Shown here piece by piece: positions 51,935 through 64,000 of a stretch of 64,000 bases of DNA. The notes beneath the pieces are model-generated. The model ran no database searches. It was given only the letters and a program-made list of their open reading frames with translations, and was not told where the DNA came from. The translations under genes were made by a program, and so were the position numbers. Source of the stretch: Eledone cirrhosa (Eukaryota); the NCBI GenBank assembly GCA_964016885.1, contig OZ024740.1, forward strand, positions 279,000,001 through 279,064,000. Direction: 5' to 3'. How positions within the stretch are numbered: the stretch's first letter is position 1; the number at the start of each line of letters is the position of its first letter.

Positions 51935-53478
51935 TCGCTAAGATGCACTTCTCTTCAGAGAGAATAGCCCAAAATGAGTTCCTGATACCAAGCGTGGAGG
52001 GAGACTTATTATACAGTCGGCAGATGGTCTGCCAGAATACTTTGCTGATCTAAAGTCTGATTCTATCTTAACCTTTTTCTGCTGCAACTTATAGTGCTTG
52101 CTTGTACCATGAATGTTGGGAATAAAATGTATTTCCAAGCCAAGCTTTGTAAGCCGCTTGGATGGTATCTTTAAGCTCCTGACTGAACCAGGAGGGGGTC
52201 ATTCTGCTACCCGGTATCACACCAAGCTGCTTTCACCCACAACATTTAACAGCTGAAGTAGATACTGCTGAGCTGAACAGTCTCCACTCCATTTCAATGC
52301 CCTTCATTTTCAGGGAGTTTCCTGAATTTGGATGCAATAGTATCTGCATACCTGGTCCTGACTTTCTTATCAGCCAGAGCTTTCCAGATTATCTTGTAGT
52401 TTGAGCTGAACCTTCCAGTTTAGTGAGTTTTCTTGACTATATTTAGGTAGTCTTAAGTTGCAGATAACTAGATAGTGATCATTTGACAGATCAGTCTCTC
52501 TCTTTATATGAACATCCAGCACAAAATCAAAAAGATCAGAGACAATTAAAAAAAAACAATTACTAACCTCTGCAGACTGCATTCCACAAAACTTGTGGAA
52601 AGTTCTGCAGGAGTATGGGATCGATGGACAGCTTCTTGTTGTCTTGAAGTCTCTATACAAATGCCTTAGTATTTGTGTTCGGATAAGTGGTATTAAGTCT
52701 AAGCCATTCAATAGGTGTACTGTCACCTCTCCTATTCATAATCTTCATGAATAGGATTGACATGGCAATCCTAAACTCATTAGGTGATCTCTGACATCCA
52801 CTTGAAAGATTTGCTGCCAAGTGCTACACAGCAAGAATGGAAATCAGTGCTGTGAAGACAGACACTTGTCCTCATATGAGTGGAGTTACACTGAAGCAGG
52901 AGGAGAAGTTCAGTATCTTGGGGGCATTTTCATGGGTGATGGAAGGTAGGGAGATGAATTAAATGCAAGAATTACTGGGGCTGTTGCACTAATGCACCTG
53001 GTCATCAGAAGAAGGGAGGTAGGTGTAAAAACTGAACTTGCTATCTTTAAATCGGTGTTTGTGCCTTACTTTATCTATGGTCATGAATTTTGAGTAATGG
53101 CCAAAAGGATACAAGCAGCTGAAATGGGGTTCCTCTGAAGGATCTTTGGAGTAATATGACTCAATAAGCTGCATAGCTCAGAGATCAGGGAGTCAATCCA
53201 TGAAGAGCTGCTGCTTCTCCAAACTGAAAGATCACAGCTCCAGTTCTACAGACATGTGGTTAAAATGACTAAGGAAAGAACTGCTGATTTTACAGGCAAA
53301 GCCAACCTGCAGGAGACCCAGAAGTAGACCACTAGCAAGATGGTTGAATAACATTCATGAGCTCGCTTGGGGATCCAGCTGTAACAATTGGAGACAGTTG
53401 CTTCTGACAGATCCTGGAAGGCGTGTTTGAGGATTGAGGACCCATGACCTTCCCAGGAATATGTGGGCAAAGAAGAAG
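51935..53478. mobile_element. Decayed RTE-like LINE with inverted 5' part (51935-52545 minus, 52579-53478 plus)
   Basis: Both parts align by eye to the collinear copy at 61020-62690. Confidence 0.75.
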
Positions 53479-55012
53479 GTACAAATATGGCTGTGAGGTT
53501 AAGTCTGCTTTATAATTACATGGTTCCACATTCAATTTCACTGTGTGGTACTATAGCTATATCAAAATGATAGCAATCAATAAATTATATCTGGGGTTGC
53601 TATTATCAACTAAAACCCTCGATGATGATGCCACAACATGGTTACCAATAAGTGAAACAGTAAAAGAATAAAAGAAAATAAGATACTGAATGTGGACAAA
53701 ATCATCAGTTTTTTGTCCTCTTTCCATGCTGGCATATGTTGGATGGATCATAATGGTCAGAGACTAAACTGGTTGGGGAACCATGCTATGACTCATGTTT
53801 CATATTAGGAATGGTTTTTAATATGAAACATGGTGCCCTTCCCAAAACCAACCATTTTACAGAGTGTACTGTGCGCATTTTATCAATACTAGAGAGATTG
53901 TCTCATCTCCTTCAAGCTCAAGGGAACTCCCCATTTTATGTAGTCTCTAGTATCTAATGATGTTTACATTTAAAATTGCAATACTTGAACTGGTGGGCAG
54001 GTCATTTGTACAATGGCACTCGTGCATCTAGATATATAGATATACATACCACCATAATACACATATATAAAATAGCCTTAACACAAAATAACAAGCCAAC
54101 AAGGGAGAATCTTAACTTGTTAGAAACATTAGCCAAATTTCCACACTCTACTGTCTTAAAACAGAAAGGACACACAGGATAATGTGGTCCTTGAAGTGCT
54201 ATGTCTGAATAAAAGATGGGATGGTCATAGCTGAAATGCCAGTTAGTAATGACTAGGGATTCAACAACATACGATAAACACTATTGTGTAAAAAGTGTAG
54301 CCAGAATCATGTTAAATAACTAACATGTAATTTTCTAGTTACAAATTACAAAATAAAACCTTTTATATGATAATAAATGGCATACAAGTATTTCAAAGAG
54401 CTAAACATGGCTATAACATTCCCAGTTTGAGTGTAGATATCAAATTATTCCACAATGTTGATTAGCCTAAGGAAAAATAAAATTTGTGAAAAGACGAACA
54501 AATCCTTAAGTCAAGATGAGATACTATTTTACCTTGAAGCAGATTTAAAATCATGAAACATCTGCATTTTAATTAATATGATAGCAGATATTATTTTATA
54601 GCAATTTTTCTGAAGGTGGGATAATTTTCACAAATTTCAAATTATCTCATTATCTTGGGTGTGCGTCTATGAATAATTTAAATCTTTTAACATATACTAT
54701 ATTAAAATATTGATGTAATCTAATCAGTAAAGACAAAATAATTAAGTTCCTTCGGTATTTGATTTTAGAACTTGCAACAGAAATACAGGCTCATAAAGAG
54801 ATACTTAAATACATTAAAAAATATCAGGGAATCTGAAAACCGGTGTTTTCTTATTATATGAAACCATTAACAAGTCAATAACCATAATTTACTTGGAAAA
54901 TATCAAAAATATGACTTCCTTTTTTTGTCTTAAATTTATACTAAATAGACAACAGATTACATTTGATTAAGTTAGGGGTTATGTTAAACTGAACAAATAA
55001 AGATCTACTTAC

Positions 55013-55124
55013 AGAAAAGCAAAGGAGTATATTCCATCATTTAATATCAGTAATTCCATTTAACATGTGTTCAAATTGAACATAAATATGTTTTTGCCAA
55101 AATAATATCTGTAAAGAAACCATC
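55013..55124 (-). other. Candidate non-coding exon (112 nt)
   Basis: Acceptor ttctttctttcttttctcttttgcAG at 55126-55125, donor GTAAGT at 55012; stops in all three frames. Confidence 0.45.
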
Positions 55125-55589
55125 CTGCAAAAGAGAAAAGAAAGAAAGAAATTACTACTAATGCTGTTAACTTTTGCTAAATTCCAAATGCTTTGTTTTC
55201 TAATTGCACCATCCTAAAATTGATGTCTTAAAACCAATAAACAAAAATTACACTTATATTGTATTTTAATATCCACACTAATCAGATATCAATAACTTTA
55301 ATTCTATATTCACTTTTCCTGATAAAGTGACAAGGTTTTTAAAAAAAAAAGTCCACTAGTACACCAGTAACTAATACATTACATTGATTCAGACATCATC
55401 CCAGCACATCTTTCATAAGAGGTCTTCTTTCTGGAGGCTGTCCAATACCCACTGTAATTCCATGTATCATATACCATCTCAAGGCAGTAAGTACTCCTTC
55501 AGCTTCAATTTCATTTTAGCAAACATGGCAAAGTCAAAGGAGATAGGTCAGGTGAATATGCTGCTAGTTTTGATTGAATGTCAAATGGA

Positions 55590-55810
55590 CTGGGTGATAC
55601 ATCATATCCTTGAGCAAGACACTTTATTGCTCCAGTTTACTCAGCTGTAGAAATGACGTCACTGGTGTCAAACTCTATCTATTTCCCTTGGACAACATCG
55701 ATGGTGTGCAGAGGGGAGACTTGTATGCATAGGCGACTGCTGGTCTTCCACAAATGTTACCCGGATTTGTGCCTCATGGTCATTTATGATTGAAGGGGGT
55801 CCTTACCCAT
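55590..55810 (+). mobile_element. Partial CORE-like SINE
   Basis: tccttgagcaagacactttattgctccagtttactcagctgtag followed by a different tail. Confidence 0.6.
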
Positions 55811-57388
55811 TACAAGTGCCAGGGGACAACACAATATATGTTCAGGGTTTTCCATAAGAATTTTGTAGCAGACTCCATATCTAATTCAAATCATGTGAGA
55901 GTCAATGAATTGTTCACTAACAGTTTTCCTGGATGAGTTAACAAATGTTTTTTTTCCCTACATTCTCTGGTATTTTACTAATAATTGATCACCTTGAGCT
56001 TTTTTCACTCAATTGGCCTTGAAACACATATATATGCCACTCAAAAATTTGAGTCTGACCTTAAAAAAAATGTTCGGCAAAAGTCCGACAAAGCATTTCA
56101 AAGGTTTTGGTAGCATATTTGATAAGTTTCCTGAAAAAAACTGAAGTAATCACATTGCTGAACTTTGTTAGCCAACATAGAAATTACAGATTTGTTCAAA
56201 CATTACAAAACCTGACATAATAATTGAACACAACTAAAAAGCATGAGCATTCCAATAACACATGCAGTCAGGAAACTTTCTGATAAACTCCTCATAATTT
56301 TGAAACATCTCAAAGTAAACAAAATCAAAGCAATTAACATCAGCTTAAGTGAAGTTGTATTAAGAGTGTTTAAATACAAAATTAAGTTTTTCAGTAACTA
56401 AGCAGGTTTGTTTCTTTTAACACTTTGGAAGTGCTTTACTTCTGTAGCTTGAAACTGCTTAGAAAGTGAATATATACAACAATATACCATTTGATTTCCT
56501 CTAACTTAGGCGTTTTTACGTGAAAAGGTCTTAAATAATTTTAAAATGTAATTCAAAGTACAATATCTAGAACATAACTAGTTTAGTGCCTCCTAACACT
56601 CAAAAGTGAAAGTATATTACTATTGGAAACAAAAAATAACAGAAAAATGTTATTGTTGTTTATTACTTTCAATCTGTGTTTGTAGTAAGCTAAATGTAAA
56701 CTCGGAAAATTTTTTTTTAATCATGCTTTCCATTTCATGTTGATAAAAGGATGTCAGATTTTTTTTTTCTTACAGGAATATGATGTCATATCTACTAATA
56801 TGAATTACAAAAACAAAAATGTTTTCTTTTTTAAATTGTATTAAATATCATCGTAATCTACACATTCGAAAATTATCTCTGCAAAATTAGCATTATTAAA
56901 AAAGTTATGAGGAAATAAAACAGGGAGGAATGGTGGGGGGCACTAAACTGTAGTTATGCCATTTCTAAGATGCATCTGAAACCATTAAACTGTATGATTG
57001 ATTGACAGTGATGAGTATCTATGTTGGTTTAGTTTTTACTTTTTACAAATTACTACAATATTTAAGTGTCTTATAGAATGCCAAGAGCTAAGAGTTCAAA
57101 TCCCACAGAAATTGACGTTGTATTTCATACTTTCAGGGTCGATATATGAAGTTACAGTCAAGTGCTAGAATCGATTCTGCCCTACAGAATTGGCTATAGT
57201 TGAAAAGATGGTGTCTTGAGAAGAAAAAGATTAAAACAAACAAACAAGGAGGGCAACAGGAAAAACCGCCTTTGTAGTTTTGTTTTCTCTCACAAAAATT
57301 CCATTACAAGCACTTTGAGCTTGCTTTTCATGAAACACACCCGGGATTGTTCGTCTAGCTGGTGGCACAAAGAATATCATCATATATA

Positions 57389-57695
57389 TCATCATTTTAC
57401 CTGCTTGCAAGGGAACTGATTCTGGCTTGATTTCTACAGCTGGATGCCCTTCCTAACACCAACCTCATTTACAGTGAGTGCTGGGTTCTTTTTTACCGTG
57501 GCACCTCCACGACCACTTTGCAGTGGAATGATAGGGACCCATGTCCTATCATCTCATTTTTACAGCTGAGTAAACTGGAGCAATGTGAAATAAAGTGTCT
57601 TGCTCAAGGAAACAACACAACACCCGGTCTGAGAATTGAACTCACAACCTTTCGATTGCAAGGCCAATGCTCTAACCACTAAACCATGTGCCTTC
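57389..57695 (-). mobile_element. tRNA-derived SINE, same family as 8955-9290
   Basis: Near reverse complement of 8955-9240. Confidence 0.85.
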
Positions 57696-60279
57696 ATTAT
57701 AAAAATTCAATTTCATAACAAATCTAGGGGAAGCTCCAAAATATCAACATTAAGTAGCACTATTACTGAATGCGTTCTAGCCATGGCAATACCGTATCTT
57801 TATTATTATTGTATATCAGATTTTGCATTATTTTTATTTGAATACGGTATGGTGTAATTTAAAGGAAATTAGACTGCTATTTCTAGCAGGCCGAGCAAGA
57901 GGCTAAAGGCTCACTCGTTAGTTCGGTATACTTGATTTCACAATAAGGTGAGACAAGAAAAAATCTAACTTTTTTTTTATGAAGAAATTATCTAGAAAAT
58001 TGGCGTTAGAAGTCAAGAGTTTTAAGTAATGATTCTAGTGATCAACGACAGGTGCTGCCAATTGCCAAAGTCAAAATGTGTGGTGTTTGACACAACCAGT
58101 GAAATACCAATCTAAATAAATGACATGTTTGATAATTATATTTTATAATTAACACGATCCAATCGTATTATTTGAAAAGATAATTATCCACTCCAGAAAA
58201 AAATGTTTTCTCAAGATATATTAATATAACATTAATCTTTAAACAGATGTTCTTCACTGGTGTTAAAAAAAAACGAATATTGTTTCTTCAGTAAGTAACA
58301 AATGTAATTTAATTTTTTATCAAGTTTTAAACAATTAATTCTAAATTATTAAAAAGAAAATTATAACAGGTATCAAACTGAAATTACGTTGTATATCAAA
58401 TATTTTTACCTTGACTAAAAAATTAAAATGTATTATTTTAGAAGATAAAGGGAAAATCTCAACATATGCAAATAGGTGGCATCAAAATTGGATTAAAAGT
58501 TACATTCAATATATGTTTTTGTGTGGATAACGAGAAAAAAAAAGTGAAATCAAGCCTAGAGTGTATGCCACGATGTCAACTTCAGAAAACAAGTTGGAGG
58601 AGTGGAACTTTGGCAGCTGGGGCAATATCTAATGCAACTATTATCGCAGTGAAAATTTCAGATCCACTGCCAGAAATTGACCTCGATCACTTAATCGACA
58701 ATGAAAGGGCGAGGAAAGAGTGAAACAAAACATTGGTAAACATTTATACTGAACTTTTCTTGCTATAAATGTTCCTTTGAATTAGTTTTCACCGAACGCT
58801 TTTCAAGAATTATCCCCCTCCCCGCTTCAGTTTTGCTCTGCTCTCCAATTCCGGCAAAACATAATTTCACTCATATACACAAACGCATCGATGAAAAAAA
58901 GATCCTTCATATAATATAATACTATCAATGAAAAAATATAATTAAAAATAAATTATGACATTTGTTTGCAACGAAATACCACAGTTGCGTTTATAATGCA
59001 CTATATTAATTTTAATAAGGAAAAACTCAAAACTGAAAGAGAGACTTTAGGAAATCTATATAATTGAATTATTAAATATCAAGATAAATATCAACTACCT
59101 TTTCCGATGAGAAAACTCAAAAGCAAATTTCTCGATTTTGTTTCTGTATAAAATGCGTTTCAATATAGCTTTCATGTACAAATAATATTGAGAGATGCTT
59201 GACAATAAATGGTAAGATTTTCAAGATGCGATAGATAGTAGGTCCGAGTCGCTTACAAACCTAACAGGAAACACGCAATGAGGCCCCTTACAACATGCTG
59301 CAGAGTATAGAAGCGACAGGAGTTAATTTCTCATTACAAGTTAGACTACTTGTAAAAAAAAATAAAACAGAAAAAAATTATATTTTATTCGATTTTCCCG
59401 TTATTCACATTTAAAAACAAAAACTTGAGAAATGAATTCAATTAAAAAAATAATAATATATTTATAATGAAGACAGCTTTATTAAACAAGTTTAATATTT
59501 ATGATGTTTAAGAAAATGAAGAGTTTATTATTACAAAACTCGGAAGACAGTTACTTTCGTAAATCTTATATAGTACAAATCGAATACTTAAGAAAGTGAT
59601 TATTATTGTTATTACTATTTAACAGAGAAACTGATCCTAAATATCCGGAAGTTTCGGATGCAAGCTTTCATTTACAGCAATGAATTACGTAATCTTTTTA
59701 TTTACAAAATAGCATATGAAAATTATGTAAACAGAATGTTGCTTTGGCTCATAACTTTTTAAGTATCGGACCCCTCCCTTCAAAAAAGTGAGAATAAATA
59801 AATAAATGCCCTCTCTAAAACAACTTTTATTTTGTTTAATGCCTTATTAATATTAGAGTGGTGAGGAATTGTCCGAAAAATACAGGTATGGGTTTGGCAA
59901 CAAAATAAGTTTGGAAACCATTGTCTAGGACGCTAACAAATATATTAGTATAATTATTAATATACCTTTCGGTTTTTTAATCTTAAGATGTACATTTTTT
60001 ATGTTTTGGAATACAAATTAAGAATTTCTATATCAAGCAGATAGGACATAATCGGTATATTGGAGAGATACCTGTTAGGAAAGAAAGTGTCATCTGAAAA
60101 CAAATTAACATCAGAATATTTTATTTAAGGTACTTTATATACTTTGAGAATTAAAATTATTTCTTTTCAATGCTTTTGGCACATCCGAAAAAAATGTTTA
60201 GAAAACCTCTCATACCGTATTCATATAAAATTATGATGGATAAGGGGAATTATTTATTAGATTTACGAAACTGTTTGGA

Positions 60280-60626
60280 AATCACTTTTCTGGGGTGATT
60301 TTCAGGTTGTATGGGTATGCTGTTGAACTTCCGTTGCTTTCGACATGTGCTCCTGATGATATGAACAACGGACTAGTGAAATTGACGTGCAAATGGCTGA
60401 GCATTCTACAAACAGGTGTACCAATAATGTGGTTCTTAGGGAGATTCAGTGTGACAAGGCTGTACATTTTTGAATTACATGTACAACTCATTTTTGCAAG
60501 TTGATTGGACTGGAACAATGTGAAATGGAGTGTCTTGCTCTAGGACACAACGCGCTGTCAGGAATAAAATTTACTGCCTCATGATCGTGAGCTGAACACT
60601 CTAACCATTAAACCATGTGCCTTCAC
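60280..60626 (-). mobile_element. tRNA-derived SINE with a different 3' body
   Basis: Head gaaggcacatggtttaatggttagag and core gtcctagagcaagacactccatttcacattg. Confidence 0.7.
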
Positions 60627-61019
60627 CACATACAAACCCATACATATATACTGCTCCCATTGGTGACAACATTTAGAAGCATTACCTATTATACCATCTT
60701 TATGCTGATGATACACAATTGTACTTATCATTTAGGCTAAAGCAAGATAACACACAGAGGGCAGGTGGATAAAACTACTGCACATATATCTAAGATTCGC
60801 AAGTAGATGGTTAAAAACAACCTTAGCTGAATGATAAGACAGAAGTACTGCTTATAGGCAGGAAGCCAGAAATAATGAAAATATGCCATTTCTACAAATT
60901 GGTAACTTTTTGATGCACGTGTCACCAATGAAGCTAGGAACATAGGAGTAATTTTTGACAAGAAAATGAACCGGCATATCACTATGCATCTGTGGAACAT
61001 AGACATGATTAAGAAATAA

Positions 61020-62690
61020 TTTGTTATCATTTCTGATCTCTTCGATTCTGTGCTGGGTGTTTGTGTTAAGAGAGGGGCTGAGCTGTCAATTGATCACCAT
61101 CTAATTATCTGCAACCCACAAAACTAGCAGATCCAGCTCAACCTACAGGATAAAGTGGGGAAAGCCCTGGCTGATAACGAGGTCAGAACCAGGTATGCGG
61201 ATAATATTGCATCCAAATTCAGAGAATTCCTTGAGCAAACTGAGGAAGCTTCGGCTGTAAAAGGCTGCAGACAAAAGCCACTTTATGTGGTGGAGGGTAG
61301 CAGATGGTTCACTCAAGGGAGCAAAGAAGGAGGCTTACAAAGCTTGACTTGGAAATAAGTCCTTCTAGCACTAATAGTACAAGCAAGCACAAAAGGTGGC
61401 AGCAGGCAATAAAGGTGTACAAAGTTAAAACATGGGAGGACTTTGGGATTAAGCTGGAATCCGACTTTAGATCAACAAATAAAGTATTCTAGCGTTCTTC
61501 TCTCTTCAAAGAGGTGCATCTTGAGTAAAGTCTTCACTAAATATCTGGCAAAGAGATGTAAGGATATTGTCAAGTTCAAGCCAGCTGACTCACAGTGTGG
61601 TTTTCACCCAGACGCAGCAGGGCCAACCAAATATTCACACTGCAGCAAGTCTTCATTGAAATTGTGGCAGTATTGCCAAGAGGTATATGTTTGTTTCATA
61701 GACCTCGAAAAGGCAAATAACCACGTTCCACAGAACATGCGGATGGTTCTGCGGGACTATGAGATCGATGGACAGCTTGCTGCCATGAGTATTCTATATT
61801 AATGCCCTAGCATTTGTGTTCGGATAAATGGTGCTAAGTTGAAACCATTCAACCAAGAGTGTGTACTGTCATCTTTCCTGTTTATAATCTTCATGAACAG
61901 GATTGACATGTGCAACCAAGATGGAAGTGGTATCAAAACTGGTGGGTGTAGGATCAATTGGCTGAAATTTGCAGATGATGACATAGTACTACTTAACTCA
62001 TTTGAAGGTGATCTCTGACATGCACTTGTTACATTTGCTGCTGAATGCTGCATGACAGGAATGAAAATCAGTGCTGCGATGACTGAGACACTCGTTCTTT
62101 CAAGGAAATTCTAAATGAGTGGGGTTCCCCTGAAGCAGATGGAGAAGTTCAAGTATCTCAGGACCATGTTAACGAGTAATGGAAGGCAGTAGGCTGAATT
62201 AAGTGTAAGAAATGCAGGAGCTGCTGCAGTAATATACAAGCTTCAGCGTTCGGTTATCAGAGAAAGGGAGGTAGGTGTAAAAGCCAAACCCACAATCTTC
62301 AATTTGGTATTCATGCGAACCCTTATCTATGATCATGAATCTTGGGTAACAACCAAAAGAATATGATCGCGAATACAAGCAGCTGAAATGGGGTTCCACC
62401 AAGGGTCTTTGGAGTAACATTACTTGATGGAGTGCGTAGCTCAGCGATCAGGGAGTTGCTCAATATAGAACCATTACTTCTCTGAATTGAGAGATTACAA
62501 CTCCGATTCTATGAACATTGTCAGAATATTGACACCGAGCAAGATGGTTGGTTAACATCCATGAACTCAGCTGGTCACACTTGAGTATCCAACCAAATCA
62601 ATTGGAGATGGATGCTTCTGACAGGACCCGCTGGAAGGTATGCTTGAGGATTGCCCTCACGACCTCCCAGGAATAAGTGGGTGAAGAAGA
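61020..62690 (+). mobile_element. Decayed RTE-like LINE
   Basis: IDHHL (endonuclease end), QCGF, CFIDLEKA, KFADD, KFKYL motifs with many frameshifts. Confidence 0.8.
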
Positions 62691-64000
62691 TATAGACATG
62701 CATATATATATATATGAAAAATAATAATAATAATTTGAAAATGCACCTAATGTCATTTTATACATGAAAATTTACAGCACACAGAAAGAAATCAGTTCAT
62801 ACAATATATATTACAGTTTTTGTTTTCTTTAAGTGTGGGGAGGAGAGTTGAAGAAAGAATCATGATTGTCTCCTTTGAGATTGTACTGACCAATTGTATG
62901 TATGTTTGTATTATGCAGCAGTAGTTTCTTAATATGCACCACAATCAATACTGATGGATGAGAAAAATATGTTTCTAAGATCTCTTCTTGCACACTAGCT
63001 TGATAACAGACAATAATAATCTTCTTATCACAAGTAGTTACTTTAATGGGCATTTTTTTTTTACCCCCCTGATTCAGGCTAAATTAGCCTACCCTCTACC
63101 CATCTATCTACCTCTCTTTCTGCCTTTAATCATTACACTATCCTATACAAATGTGTTTTTTTTTATATTTGAATATTCAATTCAGTTGTATACATTGGTT
63201 TTGTAACAGGTTAAAAAGGTAAGTCTTATTTCACTTAGCACTTTTATATTTCTTTAAATATTTAAATGTTCAATTTTCCACTATGTTCTTATTCTAACTA
63301 CTTTGCTTTCAGATCCATTCCTTCCACAGCTAATTAAGTTACCTAAGTAATAGAAGCTATCAACTGCTACGGTGCCTTCCTGAGATGAGAAAAGGTCTAT
63401 TTCATTGTTGCTCTTACATACTATGGTTATAGTTTTCATTTAAAGACAAGATTTTTCAACAGCCATGATACTAGCAACCATAGCCTGACCTCCCATCCCT
63501 CCCTTCCTGAACAGTGCCTTTTCCCACCTCTTCTCATCTGTCCATATAATAATTGTTTCTACTTTTGGCACAAGGCCAGCAATTATAATGACACCCACTA
63601 GTAGCAGCCCAACTCTCATCACTTCTTTCCTGAAGATTGCTTGCCCACATATGCTCCTGTGGCACTTACTTACTGGACTATTATAATAGTGATCAAAATC
63701 ATAACCTATATTCCCCACTCTTAGCCATAACATGGTGGCCACAAAAATTAACTAAACTGCTTTAAGAAGTAGATGTGGGCTCCATAAGCCACATAGAAGG
63801 CAGCTTGCCAAGCCAAGGAGAACAGTAATTCAGAAGAAATCATCTATACAGGGTATGTGCAGACTACAACCTGCTTGGAGAGCAACGTGTTCAGGAGAAC
63901 TGTGACTCCAAATGAATAATATTGCATGGAGTAGATAGACAAGGACTCCAGAAGCCATGGAAATAGATTTCTTTATTATAGATAAGCAGCCTGTTTAGGA

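Overview
AT-rich, repeat-dense animal genomic DNA. The SINE/LINE repertoire suggests a coleoid cephalopod, probably an octopus (inference). The only confidently recognised host gene is the 5' part of KANSL1 (NSL histone-acetyltransferase complex scaffold) on the minus strand. It has two coding exons (42472-41193 and 13446-12671) joined in phase across a ~27.7 kb intron, a CpG-rich promoter near 43.3-44.3 kb, and further exons presumably beyond the window start. The introns and flanks hold a near-full-length but inactivated RTE LINE with a PHD finger, other RTE and CR1 fragments, two tRNA-derived SINE groups, six copies of a TTAA (piggyBac-type) MITE, hAT and mariner remnants, and a SINE-derived 124-bp tandem repeat. 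The best unexplained candidates are: an isolated GC/CpG-rich, hairpin-rich ~380 bp island at 50.04-50.42 kb; an out-of-frame uORF overlapping the KANSL1 start; inverted repeats that could form dsRNA or circularise the 776-nt exon; a hammerhead-like core in a small inverted-repeat element; and a tRNA-like unit between 62-bp direct repeats. There are no prokaryotic features such as CRISPR arrays or operons. All calls were made by eye with no database searches.
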